From: Octopus sinensis
Lineage: Eukaryota
Assembly: GCF_006345805.1 (NCBI RefSeq)
Contig: NC_043001.1
Span: 97,030,001-97,094,000 of the forward strand
Direction: 5' to 3'
DNA length: 64,000 bases
The number at the start of each line of letters is the position of its first letter. Positions within the stretch are counted from its first letter, which is position 1. The notes under the pieces were generated by a model. It was not told the origin of the DNA, made no database searches, and saw nothing but the letters and a program-made list of their open reading frames with translations. Shown here one piece after another: positions 14,099-28,079 of the stretch. The translations under genes and the position numbers were made by a program.

Positions 14099-14507
14099 CG
14101 TATATATATATATGTATATATACATATATGTTTACATACTTATATATGTATGTATGTGTGTTTGCATGTGTGTGTGCATGCATGTATGTATAACACGGAT
14201 ACACAAATGTACATACAGATATATATCCATCTCAGGTATATTCCCTTTCCTCTGTTCGCAGTTGCTGCTAATTGTGAGGTTCTTTGACGTTAATTAAAGA
14301 TCAAAGAATTGTACAGAGTTTCTTTTCTACAAGTAATCTTAACAACCATCTCTGTTGCTAGGTAAACACACACGTACACATTACATGAGTTTATACGTAT
14401 GAGAATACGTCCATATACATATATACATATATGCATATATATATATAGATATATATACATATATACATATATATGATTACATATATTTATTTATACATGT
14501 ATTCAGT

Positions 14508-14544
<37 letters not shown>

Positions 14545-14777
14545 TTACACTCACACGCACACTCACACACATACACACACATGGAAACGCACATATCTGT
14601 GCTTCATTTCTGTATATTCAACTATTTATGTATTCTGTACCCGGTTTTTCGTTCATTCTGTCAGTAGCTTCAATACATTCTTTCTTTCACTTCTTCCAAC
14701 TACACAGCTAGTTCCGCAAATAAATATTTAATTACATATGCATCTATGTACGTGTGTTTTTGTCTGTATGTGTATGA

Positions 14778-14828
<51 letters not shown>

Positions 14829-15137
14829 TATATGTGTTTCTCTATGTGTGTGTCTGTGTTTGCTTTCTGTGCAATCTTCCGCAGTGTTTAAAGATGGAAA
14901 TCTTTACGAAAATATTAGATGATGGTGCTTCTTAGTTTCTATCGAAAACAAATATGGCCTCTTCTTTCAATCGATAAATAATGAAGATTGCGGGTGATTA
15001 TAGCTGGAAAGTGTATTGAAAACTAACTAAATAAATATGTGTTAATGCATTCGTTCGTTTCAATTCCCCCCTGAGCATCATGTGTTCATACATATGTGTA
15101 ACGATTCTGACAAATTGTATGCGCATGAATACATAAG

Positions 15138-15174
<37 letters not shown>

Positions 15175-17149
15175 CTATGTGTGTGTTCATGTTTGTGTTT
15201 GTATGTATGTGTGTGTGAATGTCTATGTATATGCATATGTGAGTGCGTGTGCGACTGCGTGCGCATTTATGCGTTTATAGATATCTGCTTGAATGCTCAT
15301 GTACGTTTATATATAAATATGCATCTCATTAAACCTATTTCAAATATGCCTATAATATATTCATTGCTTTGAATTTCACAACTCTAGATTTGTAAGAGTG
15401 TGGATTGTGAAATCGTTATCCATAAAATAACAAGTAACATAAGAATTGAACGACCTTGTTATCTTTTGCAACAAGATATATATAACACTTTGTGGCTTGC
15501 CTCATCATTTACACCGCTTAGTCTCTCCGATATTTAATTGTTTCTCTTTCCATGTGAAAATAACTCTCTTTGTATCACCCTATCTATATATTGATACATA
15601 TCCACAAGCACGCATACATGCCTCATTAACAATGCTGCAAAACGAAAAGAGGTTCTGTTAACAATTTCAGCTGCTATAGGAATGAGATTTGGCCAAGAGA
15701 AAAGAGCGAGATTCGGCTTTTCGCACACCATGTAACCCCTTCTAAATTTATTATCTGTTGGGTTTTTCAGAAAATGTTTGCGAATTTGTGTTCTACACAG
15801 GAGAATTCATACGATTGTGCAAAACCTCAAAAAGAAGTTTTGGTGCGTGATATAAGGCCTATTTAGCTGTTATTTTTAGCATATCTCACGATCACCTCGT
15901 ACCTTCCTCATTTGTTTGTTAGTTTGACGTATTGATGTTTTTCAATATCTTCCTCGCCTTAAACATGCTTACTGGTCTATAGCTGAGATTTAAGCCTAGA
16001 ATTCGGACTGTCCGAATTTTAAGCAGTGATTTGAAAAGATAATTTCGAAAATTAACCAAAAAAATAAAACTAATTTCGAAATTTTTTTATTCGAAAAATT
16101 AAAAATAAAAACGCGAAAATCTAAAAATAAAGGAAAAACTTTCTTGTCATAGTAGTGTGAATTCCGGTGTGTAGCTTACGAATTCGCAAAAATTTTCTGA
16201 AAATTTCAAAATCCCCCAAAAGGTTATTAGGGCTTATATGGCATACTTAAAGCAGAATTCCTCCGAGAAACTTTCGTATTTGATTGTTGAATGTCTCTCC
16301 CACAAACCCAAATCCCGTGCTTCACTGGTCTGTTTTTCTCTCTTGCTCCACACAGAGAATGCTACAGATACAAATGCATTGATGAAAACATATCATACGA
16401 GGAAAGAGTGTCTTGTAAACATTATACAAGACAACTGGATCTCTAAATATATCTAGATAATATCCCACAATGCATTTGTTGTGCTCAGTACTGATACCTA
16501 CACTTGGAATATTTGATTAGTTTGTAAAGAAAATACAGTCCGCAGATATTACAACACGCAAGATCCTGACGTCAGATAGAAACTTCCATAGAAACTGTGA
16601 TATCGAGAGGCTCTACCTCATAAAAGCTGAAGGTAGAGGCTTGAGTTCATTGCAGAAAACCGTCGAATGTTGTATAGTCTTATAACAACAACAGCCACGA
16701 AAACAAACATAAATTTAGTGCAGAAAGTTACTCGCCAGTGAGGTCCTCAGTAATTACCTTCTCCCTGCTGATCTCCCATGCAATATCGGAACAACCGAGC
16801 TAACGTACCGCAAAGAAGACCGGGATGTGAAACGCTCAACATTCTAAACAAGAACTCAATAAACCAAAAACAATGCATAACGTTGCTATTATGCTAAAGT
16901 GTCGTAAGTCCAAAACGTTGCTTTTTCAGAAAACGAGAAATAGTTTCACTATTTAATTTCTTTTATCATTAGCAACAGTTTCAACTTAACAATAATATTT
17001 TCTAGGGTGCAGAATATCGTAACTCCTGGCATGTATAATATTTTTGCAAAACTGTCGTATGTGGGACTAACTGCACTTTTTTTTTAAATTGCTAAACCGT
17101 TGTACCACACTTTGAGAATTTTCATATCTCGGCATCTGAAGCAGCTGGA

Positions 17150-17580
17150 AATACGATAACTTGACAAAAAGAACCGGCAATTGCAAGCAAGATTAAATGC
17201 TGACACAACGCATTTGGCCAGATTTGGACATACGACAGTTTACCTTAGTAGCAACGATATGTACGTTGCCCAAGAATCTGGAGAAAACGATAATATCGAC
17301 ATGAAGCGCCGCCTCTCATGGATCGTGACCACCACATCACATTACACTTCGAAGGCTACGCATTTGCAATGCAAGACCAAGGGATTTGTACGAAATACAT
17401 AACAAAGAATAAAGACAGTGAAGCGTTTGGAGCTCCAAGACACAGCTGAAAATATCGATTACGTCCCGTTACTGTAGAAGACATCACGCATGGGATTAGC
17501 AGACGGAACAAAATACCAAGGTACTACATCCCTGTGCATCATTCTGTCAGCCTCCAGAGAAACAAACAGCAAAACTGTTT
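17150..17580 (+). pseudogene. Remnant of an R4/NeSL-like LINE, zinc-knuckle region
   Basis: Translations HFEGYAFAMQDQGICTKYIT and VEDITHGISRRNKIPRYYIPVHHSV parallel ETEGFIIAAQDQCLPTRNY and ETIDHVVSKC in the LINE at 40994-42550. Confidence 0.55.
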
Positions 17581-17606
17581 ATATATACACCTCTCTCTCT
17601 CTCTCT

Positions 17607-17675
<69 letters not shown>

Positions 17676-17676
17676 C

Positions 17677-17707
<31 letters not shown>

Positions 17708-17985
17708 ATATATATATTACGGAGATGTACTCGCATAGCAAGTAATTTGATCTGAGATCGTGTGCTGAAACGAAAACAATTGCAGCGTGGAAGGTGTTTA
17801 TAAGCCATTAAAGAACACACAAAAGCCGTTCGATTCACTTCAACATTTAAGTTTAATTTGTCAAAATATTTTCGTCGCTAAAATCCGCGACCTGTTCACT
17901 GACAAAAATCCGTGCTTAAATGTTGAAGTGAATCGAACGGCTTTTGTGTGTTTCTTAAATGGCTTATAAACACCTTCCACGCTGC

Positions 17986-18030
<45 letters not shown>

Positions 18031-18218
18031 AATTACGTTACCGACCAGAACATCAGATGGTGTTACATCTCATTGGTCTCAATGCGCTTTGTATTGTTTT
18101 AACCTTTTAATGGCACCACATCGCTGCCCAGTTCAACACTTCCTGAATTTGAAATGTAGCGTTCTGCTTTAGAACAGAACGCGTCGCTCGATTCGGGAAT
18201 CTCACCCATAATCTATAT

Positions 18219-18656
18219 AAAAGGAAAACAGAAAATGGAGATACAATTAATGGATAACATTTGATTTACAGCTATTATCATTTATCAATTATTTACAAAG
18301 AGATAGAATCTGTACTTACAGCTGTTTCTATTAGCATGTTTCTCAGTTATATCTGCCACAATAGTAGAAATTATAGTTATCAGTGTAGGTAATTAGTTAT
18401 ACTAAATTGAATCACGAAAGTTCATCTGAGCGGACAAGTAAATAAAATATAAATAAAAAGAAAAAGAAGAAAAAGCAGAAAGTGAGAACATTGATAATCA
18501 ATTGGTGCTACATGCTGACCTCCTGTGAAACAGTCGACCGAGTGCAGAAACAGCTGTAAATGGAGAGTCTGTCTTTTTGTAATTGATTAATAAATAATAA
18601 TTTATGCAAGTCAATTGTTATCCATTAACTGTACCTCCGTTTTCTGTTTTCCTTTT
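18219..18656. repeat. Diverged fold-back element (about 110-bp arms)
   Basis: 18219-18329 is an imperfect reverse complement of 18546-18656; both arms end in GAAACAGCTGTA. Confidence 0.7.
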
Positions 18657-18846
18657 GAATATTTATGAACTCTATTTTTATCAATACCTATCATTTATGA
18701 GCATTAAAACCAATGCCCATGATTAAATATAGGTAATACACCACTGGATTCGTAAGATACAAGTTATCCCTTAGAAGGCTGTTATAAGTTCTAACTTAAT
18801 CTCACCTACATATATGCATAAATGGATGTATATATGTATGTTTATA

Positions 18847-20089
18847 CGAGGGGCGTTCAATAAGTAATGCCCCTGACCCACTTTCCATAGCAGTAGAGCA
18901 ACGACACTTGGCACAGTTATTAGTCTTTTCCTACATAGGAACTACCCAGAGCTATGCATTTCTCCCATCGTTTGATACAGCTCTGAAGACCGTTTTTGTA
19001 GAAGACCCCAGCTTGGTCCTCCAACCACGACGTGACTTTAGAAATCAAGGCTGCATCATCTGGGAAACGCTTTCCTTTCAAAATCAACTTCATGCCTGGG
19101 AAGAGGTGAAAATCAGAGGGTGCAAGGAGAGGAGTTCATAGCTGCACGCCTGTGCTACTGATCTGGCGACGCGAGTTGTGGACCGGAGCGTTGTCCTGCA
19201 GGAGGAGGATGCCTTTGCTGATCTTGCCCCGCCTCTTGATTTTGAAGTGAAGCATAATAGGCTCCTGTAATTGTGGTACCCTTTGCCAGGAAATCTGTCA
19301 TCACTACTCCGCCCTGGTCCCAGAAGACTGTGAGCATAACCTTGTCAGCGGAGGGCTGCACCCTTGCCTTCTTTGGAGGAGGTGAGTCACGGTGCTTTCA
19401 CTGCATTGACTGGGCTTTGGTCTATGGATCATAGTGATGGACCCAGGTTTTATCCTGTGTGATAAGTCCTTTGAAAAATTTTGACTCATCTTCTTGGCCC
19501 ATCTCCAAATTCATCCTCGAGCACTCAACGCGTTCTTGCTTCTGGAAAGGTGTGAGCAACCTGGAAATCCATCTGGCAGACACCTTTTGCATATGCAAAT
19601 GGTCATGAATGATAGTTTCCACAGACCCGGTACTAATCTTGACCTTATGGGCTATTTGGCGAATAGTTATGCGTTGACCTTCCAAAATGGCAGCCTCAAC
19701 TTGACGGACAGATGTCTCATCAACGGCAGAAGGGGGCGACCAGATCTGGGAGCTGTTTCCACAGAGTTCCGACTATGTTTGAATTCACAATGCCAGCGTT
19801 TTACAAGGTCATATGATGGGGCATCATCACCATAAGTTACTTTCATTTCATCAAAAGTCTCCCGTGGTGTGCGTCCTTTCAAATACAAAAACCAGATCAC
19901 TGTTCGACACTCAACAAGCTCCATTTCACACTTGACTCAGTTCAAACACCTGTAAATCAGAAACCACAATTAGTTCAGAGCTTAATCGCCACTTAATCTA
20001 TAGAGGTATAAATAAGTGCACATGCAAAATTTCAGCTAGATCAAACAAATACAAGTGGGTCAGGGGCATTACTTATTGAACGCTCCTCG
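18847..20089 (-). mobile_element. Mariner (Tc1/mariner) transposon, 1243 bp, frameshifted transposase
   Basis: 37-bp TIRs (cgaggggcgttcaataagtaatgcccctgacccactt) with one mismatch and TA on both sides. ORF pieces: MELVECRTVIWFLYLKG..RSGRP, SARWI, ITQDKTWVHHYDP, LLQDNAPVH, APSDFHLFP. Confidence 0.95.
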
Positions 20090-20658
20090 TAGAATGCATT
20101 CGGAAACAAGACTGTCCTGGAGTATAATTAGAGAACACCCTTGGTATTGAACACATACATAGGTATCAAAACAATAAATATATTCCCATCCACACATCTG
20201 GCAAGCGTAAACAACAGGCTGGATATTGCTGTTTATCATGTTGATGCAAAGTCCTCTCTGTGAATCAAAGAAAAATGGGGTAAATATGGACAACTGCTTC
20301 GAAATTTCCAACTTCTATACATAATTTAAAATTTCTAGCACAATTTTGTCTTTCTGCACTAATTCTACAGATGAGAATCGGCACATTTGGTTTCTGGAAA
20401 CATACCTAATTGACAATCTTGATAATCGCGAGTTTTCAGAAGAAGAAAAGACTCAACCGTCTAATTCACACATTGCGAATACAAGTAAAATTATGCAAGC
20501 CTTTTCTCAATTTGAAAATGTGAAGTTGCGTCTTCACCTACGTTTCAACGATAGAGCTTTGTATCCTTGTTAGAAACCAGCTCTTTTCTCAGAAGACGGT
20601 TAGACCGAATCAAAATAAAAGACAACATGCATACATGCATACTTAACAAGCTACGTAC

Positions 20659-20747
<89 letters not shown>

Positions 20748-20748
20748 C

Positions 20749-20832
<84 letters not shown>

Positions 20833-20872
20833 GCCTGTCTGTCTGTCTGTCTATCTATCTGTCTGTCTTTTT

Positions 20873-20908
<36 letters not shown>

Positions 20909-20950
20909 GCTTTCTTTCTTTCTTTCTTTCTATCTATCTATCTATCTATC

Positions 20951-20982
<32 letters not shown>

Positions 20983-20991
20983 TTATGTATG

Positions 20992-21042
<51 letters not shown>

Positions 21043-21056
21043 ATATCTATCTATCC

Positions 21057-21129
<73 letters not shown>

Positions 21130-21198
21130 GCTAGCTAGCTAGCTAGCTAACTATGTATCTACCTACCTACCTACCTACCTACCTACCTACCTACCTAC
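20659..21198. repeat. Compound tetranucleotide array (TATC, TGTC, TTTC, TATC, TAGC, TACC)
   Basis: Directly visible. Confidence 0.95.
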
Positions 21199-21756
21199 CA
21201 AACAGCCTACCTGTCTGACTGCCTACATATCTTCCTACGTTCATGCAAGGCCATAGACACCTTATTGTCTCTATGTTAAAGTGCTAATGAAATACTATAC
21301 AAAACAGCCGAAAATACACATGCTTTTAAATTTAAAAAAATGTATATATTTTGCAGCTACTTATTAAGATGCGAATACATTGATAAAAGTCTTAGAAATA
21401 AGTAACAAAAGAGTATACGCAGATTTATATAATGTACATGTCATTTTTTTTATCAGGATTAAAATAGTTCGTCCTAACGTCACCAGCTGATATGGAATTA
21501 CGTGTAGCATCTGTAATCTTCTCCCTGTTAACTTATGCATTATTGCTGCAAATGAACAATGCCTCGGGGATTATACGCAGGAATTACCTCACGTAGCTTA
21601 TCGAAGTAAAAATACAAACAGAAATGAAACAGTTAATTAGTGCTGCTTATATTCTCTTTAGTGCCTGAAAATTGTATTAGAAATTTTAAAATTTGAGATT
21701 AGAATTTACTTCATTTAGTGATGAATCCCTGTGCTATTACCTCCAAGGTATATATA

Positions 21757-21837
<81 letters not shown>

Positions 21838-22079
21838 CGCATTCCAAAAATGTTGAGACTTTTCCAGGAGAGAAATTTGACTTCCCCAACTAGATAGAAC
21901 GCCAGTCCGTAGCATGTATACTCATTTTTGCATGCTGAGTTGACTGGATAAACGGGAAATGAAATGTTTTACTCAAGAACACGACGTATCACCCGGTCGA
22001 TGAATCGAAACCACAATCTTACTATCATGAGTCTAACACCCAAGCTACTAAACCCCGCGTCTCCACACATCAAACAAGT

Positions 22080-22720
22080 ACAATGCATTTGTCTCTTTCA
22101 AACTCGGATATTTTGACTCCAATGCACATATTGGATAACCCTAACCGCTGTGCGAGTGCCATTTGGGAAACTTGCCACAGCCGCCTTCATCTTTTCAATA
22201 TCTTCAAAACGGCTTCCATTGAGCTTTTACTTCAGATTAGAAAACAACCAACAGTTACAAAGTGCAGGATCTTGTGTGTAAGGAAAGGGAAAGACATTTC
22301 TGATACCTATATCTGCGAAGTAGTTCGTTACCAGGATGGACAAGTGGACTGATGTATTGGGTGTGTGCAGATGCCACCTGAGTGAAAGAGCTCTGGATTC
22401 TGCAGCGCCATCATACCCTGAACTCCCTCAAAATCATCACAAAGTAATCGTTTTTTACCGTGTGGCAAGAGGGAAAGCGGTGAATGGAAATGATGTATTT
22501 GCTATCGAAAAGAGTGGATCATCATAACGTTTCAGCTGGAATTGATTTTCCTAGCCTTCATCGTTCTATGCATGTAAAGATGCTTCCACTGGTCACTTTG
22601 TCTCTTGGTCTCTGGAATATAACAATAGATTCAGCTTTCCTCACACGTCATTAGAAACTCAAGTATTGTTGGATTGGTGCTAATCAACTCAAACATCTCA
22701 ATTTTGTCACCAACGCGTCT
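22080..22720 (-). pseudogene. Old mariner transposase remnant
   Basis: Minus translation includes TLFDSKYIISIHRFPSCHTVKNDYFVMILREF and PYTQDPALCNCWLFSNLK, resembling the mariner FFD..GII..W.P.G.TVN..YY and PYSPDLAPCDFWLFPKLK motifs. Confidence 0.6.
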
Positions 22721-23334
22721 TACCTTCCGTTCGTCATTGAGCACCAGAACAGACAAAGCTTGCGCATGTTCAGATCTTCGTGAATATCAGTACAGTGACC
22801 ACACCATCTGCAGCTAAGCTCTTCATATAGCAAATTTTGAATTTCCTCCACAAGCTATGATATTCTGTCGTCCTTCAATCTCCCGTACATCTCATTGTCT
22901 CTCATCTTCTCAGTCCCTGGCCTATTATGCCAGCGAATAATATACTCCACGCATACAAGTTAATCCACGACGAGTCTGAAGTATTTAATATGTAACTGTA
23001 GTGTTTTTGCCCAGTTTAACATAACCCTTTTTTCTCATAGCAAGCTTCCAAATTTCATTCTCGTCCGGGCTTCATTCTGCGTGCCAGTCAGCTGTGACAA
23101 GCTGTTTTTATTAGAACCACCACAAAGTACTCCATCAATCTGGATGTCAGCTTATAAGATGTACAGCTAAATTAGCAAAATTCCAATAATCTAAGACAGT
23201 TATAACTGTCTCTCATAAATAAGTCTATAACACACAAATAAATGTACACACACACACACACACACACGTATATACTTATATATATATGTATATATATATA
23301 CGCATACCTTTTTATTCTTTTAGTCATTTTTCTC

Positions 23335-24114
23335 TTATTTTCAATGTTTTAGTCATATACTGCAGGCATTCTGGAGCACCAACTTAAAGAGTTTTAGTCA
23401 ACGAAATCGACCCCAGGTTTATTCTCTGCAAACCTAGTACTTACTCTATCGGTCTCTTTTACCGAACCGCTATGATACGGGGACATAAAAACGAGCATAG
23501 GTTGTCAAGCATTGATGGGGGGGGGGATACAATCACAGACACACAAATAAATACATACATACAGAGAGACAGACATATCTATATATGTAAGTCCGCTATA
23601 TAAATATATATATCAAATGAAATAAAATTAAAAAAACAGGACACAAATGATGTCACGGTACATATGTTTTGAGCTTTATAGAACAACTTATTCATACATC
23701 AATGCATAATCGACATAATAGGTAGTTTAAAAGCCCCCTTCAGCCGCATGCAATTGCTACACCAAGGACTTGTACCACATTATGAAAGGTTTGAGAAAGA
23801 ACATTTGGTATTATTTGTAATGGTAGATAAACCGAGTATCACTGGGAAAGTATGTTTGTAAATCTTCATAATCAAATAGGCGTACAGAGTATTATTGGAC
23901 TCCAAAAAATCGTCCATACCGTTTTAAACTACCTGTTATGTCGATTATGCATTGATGTAAGAATAAGTTGTTCTATAAAGCTCGAAACATATGTACCGCG
24001 ACATCCTTTGTGTCCTGTTTTTCATTTTATTTCATTTGATACATATATCCTCTCACCTATGCTACTAGCTGGCATATACAGGTGCTTACATTTATCAAGT
24101 ATTCACCCTGAATT

Positions 24115-24167
<53 letters not shown>

Positions 24168-24328
24168 GGGCTTCTTTCAGTTTCTATCTACCAAATCCAC
24201 TCACAAGTATTTGACCGTATCGAGGCTATAGGAGAAGACACCTACCCAAGGTGCCACGTAGTGGAACTGATCCCAGAACCATGTGTTGGGAACGAAGGCT
24301 TCTTACCAGATAACCACGCCTACACCTG
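23335..24328 (-). mobile_element. SINE family S1 split by an inserted fold-back element
   Basis: 3' half at 23335-23545 and 5' half at 24165-24328 in the same orientation, with a palindromic element between them. Confidence 0.7.
23607..24048. repeat. Fold-back element, about 126-bp arms and about 190-bp spacer
   Basis: 23607-23732 is a near-identical reverse complement of 23922-24048; the arms contain GAAACATATGTA (23984-23995). Confidence 0.85.
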
Positions 24329-24341
24329 TATAATATATATA

Positions 24342-24389
<48 letters not shown>

Positions 24390-24702
24390 TATCTGTGAGT
24401 GTGTATGCATATGTATATATTGAATGAGAGTCACACAGGAGTTGCATAATGCCTATCATTTGCTTACAACTGTTTCTGCCACAGAAGCTTGCACTTTAGG
24501 ATTCCTATAGAAGGGTAAGATGTAACCTAATGAAAGTGATTACTTCACTCCACTTCTTTAGTTATATCTGCTTTTCCATTGCGATATGTGCATATTTGAT
24601 TGTTCGAAAAGTGTTTATTCCTATCACCACGCTTAAAGGAAATGAAAATTATAACCTTCCATCCTATTTTTCTCTACTTCTCTCTCTCTCTGTTCTTTCC
24701 TG

Positions 24703-24769
<67 letters not shown>

Positions 24770-25388
24770 CATACATACATACATACAAGCATACATTCAT
24801 AAACTTATTACAAACAAATTATCTTGAATAACTTAGAATATTTATTTAATTTTCATTATAATTAACTGTCCTAGTCATAATGCGTGAAAACAGAATGCTT
24901 CTTAAATATCATTCATCCAATTTAAATGTAAAACGATTAATTTATTTTTTAAAGATTAATTTATTTTCCACCTTTCGTGGCATTTGAATCTCTTTATAAA
25001 CTTTGCGTCGATTAGATAAGTATATTTTCCTAACAAGTACTTTCTATAAACTCCCATCTACAAGATTTCAGTGTAAAGCTGTATGTATGTACGTATGTAT
25101 GTATGCATGCATGTATGCATGTATGTATTTGTCTCTTTGTATGCATGTGTGTTGATGTGTGCAGGATTCGTATGTGTCTTTGGCTGAGAGAACAAATAAT
25201 TATAAGAGGGTGGGACAAGGAAAATACTGATGAAAGTGGAGGGAATAAAAGAGGACGGAAAACAGAATTTCACCTCATGAACTAACGTTTCTGTATCACA
25301 TACATTCTCTTCTATTCCACTGTCATTATATATATGTTTGTATGTATGTATGTATGTATGTATGTATGTGTGTATGTATGTATGTATG

Positions 25389-25433
<45 letters not shown>

Positions 25434-25599
25434 TGTATTATGTAATTATGTATGTATTGTATGTCTCTATTTTCTAATTATTAATAAATCTTACACCGAG
25501 GATGGAGCCGGTTTCCAACAAAGATACAGGGCTCTATTCTTGGGATATAGTTAACTCAGACAAATTCCCATTTGGAACTTGAAAAAAGTCTTGCATATT

Positions 25600-26200
25600 T
25601 TTACTATTCCACTCACAGATAGCACTTGTAATGTACGAGTTAGCCAGCTAATTTCTCTTTCCGAAAATCACAGTTTATTCTCATTTAAGAATTTACTAAC
25701 AAAACCTAGTGCTCCAATTATTATTGACATGAATATGAATTCATAGTCTGGATATGAATGCTCGAGGTTTCGAAGCAGATGTCCATTGATATCCTCTTTT
25801 TCTTTGATTGTCAAAGAGATATTTATATCTGCAGGGCAGTTAATCTCTATGATACATACTTTATGTATGTATGTATGTATGTATGTATGTATGTATGTAT
25901 GTATGTATGTATGTATGTATGTATGTATGTATGTATGTATGTATGTATGTATCGTATGTATGTATGTATGTATGCATGTATGTATGCATGTATGCATGTA
26001 TGTATGTATGTATGTATGTATGTATGTATGTACGTATGTATTTATGAATGTATGTATGCATGTATGTATGCATGCATGTATGTATAAATAAGAAACAAGG
26101 AAAACGCAGCCTGCGTTTATACATTCTATATAATCCATACATGTTTTTGTAAGATTGTCATGGCGTATGTTTTGAATTTGTTTCTTTCTCTGTTTATTTT
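25600..26200 (-). pseudogene. Restriction-like endonuclease LINE C-terminal remnant interrupted by about 220 bp of (TATG)n
   Basis: IRHDNLTK (RHD motif) lies before the repeat and IIEINCPADINISLTIKEKED..IIIGALG after it, similar to LIDMTVPIDINVSVK..VVIGALG at 40640-40939. Confidence 0.6.
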
Positions 26201-26229
26201 TATCTCTATCTTTCTGTAAATACATATAA

Positions 26230-26520
26230 ACGACGACGAGGGTGCCAGCTGATTCGATCAACGGAACAGTCTGCACGTGAAATTAATTTTCAGGTGGTTG
26301 ACCCATGTACCCTTGAGGCAGTTGTCAAAGAGGTTCAGCGTGACACAGTATGTGACAAGGCTGACCCTTTGAAATACAGGTGCTACTCATTTCTGCCAGA
26401 TGAACGGACTGTAACAACGTGAAATAAAGTGTCTTGCTCAAAGACACAACGCGTCGCCGGGAACTGAACTCACGACCTTCCGATCGTGAGCCGAAGATAC
26501 CGATGACTAAGCCACGCTCC
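26230..26520 (-). mobile_element. SINE family S3
   Basis: Head and body blocks shared with 7690-8025 and 54085-54290. Confidence 0.7.
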
Positions 26521-27381
26521 TTCTTACATACATACATACACATACATACATACATACATACATACATACATACATACATACATCTATGTAAGTATGTGTG
26601 TAGTAGCAAACCGGGTCGAAACGATCGTCGTATAATATAAAGAGTTATATCAAATCTAACCTTTGATTATATAATCGATTATTGTCTCAACTAACACTGC
26701 AAAATTTCTGCAGTAAATCCGATAGAAATACACCCCGACTGCAGATGACACCAGAGAACCCAAACTGTGGCACTGCTTTACTTAATAGATCAGCTAACTA
26801 TTTGACGTATACTCATTAGTCCAAAATATCACGCACATAAACACACACACACACACATGCCTGTGCGTGCGCGTGAACGAGCCCATTCTTTTCAAACTGA
26901 AATCATAGTTACATTTTTATACTGTTATTGGTCACGTCGTTTTTTTCCCCTCCTGCTTCAAATCAAATTACTTTAATTCGGTCACTCTTTCCTAGTTTGC
27001 AACTAGATATTAACGGACAATCATTCAACTCATTTTCAATTTTGTATTAACGCAATGCAGATTAGCTGTGAAATATCTAACTTTGATTAGTGTTATTACA
27101 TTGCCATAGTTATCTCGCAAATTAAACTTGACTGAAATCGAAGGGGGATTAAGCACGTACATTCAATACGCCTTTAAGCTAAGTTAAATAACTTCCAAAG
27201 TAAAAGATATCATAATAACAGGAATACACATTTATAATAAACTTTAATTGTGAAGAAGACTAACATGTTTGGGGCTGGTTGGGCCACAACATCTCGCGGT
27301 TCTACTTTTCCGTCTCTCTTTGTACTGAGTTCTGGAGAAATCAACTCACGGTTTACTTCTTTTGAGTTGCATTGATTCGTA

Positions 27382-27945
27382 TTGGGTTGTTCGGAAAGTT
27401 CATACCGATTTATAGTAGCTTAACTTTCGACTTATTTTAGAACATGGTTGAGTCCATAAAATAGGATTTGACTACACCTCCATCTAGAGCACAGTATAAG
27501 CTATTTTTCATGGAAAAATATTTATGTCGCTATAAACTTTGTTAATTTTGTAACCGTTTAAAATTGAAGATAAGAGAGTTCATTTTCGGCACTTGATGAT
27601 TTGGGAACCAGACAAAAATTGCTGCAGCTCGGCTGGGATGTGTTACCCCACCCTCCATATTCACCAAATATTGCTCCTTCGGATTTCCACTTATTCAGGT
27701 TCTTTACAATAATCTTAATGGTAAAAATTTCAATTCCTTGGATGATGTTAAAAGATACCTTGATGGATTCTTTGCCATGAAACCACCTCAATTCTGGGAA
27801 GAGGGCATTTTCAAGTTAAAGGAAGGACGGAGACGTATTGTGCAACAAAATGGTTCATATTTGGTTGATTAAAAATGTAATGGGAAGTATTTATTGACCT
27901 TTTTCTTTCCTTTAAAAATCGGCACGAACTTTCCGGACAGCCCAA
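27382..27945 (+). mobile_element. Internally deleted mariner (564 bp)
   Basis: TIRs ttgggttgttcggaaagttcataccgattt and aaatcggcacgaactttccggacagcccaa with TA flanks. N-terminal RVHFRHLM is joined directly to TRQKLLQLGWDVLPHPPYSPNIAPSDFHLFR. Confidence 0.9.
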
Positions 27946-28079
27946 TAACTACCAATGTCACTGTGCACATATTGTTATGCTTACAGCATACAAGGGATAC
28001 ATTTCTATTAACCTGTCCGGTGCATATTTTTTTCCTCTTATAATAAATGATCTTCATGGATTATTTCGGCATTGAACAT

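Noticed and set aside
25668-26276. 202-aa ORF as a real gene
   Set aside because: A LINE remnant plus (CATA)n read-through.
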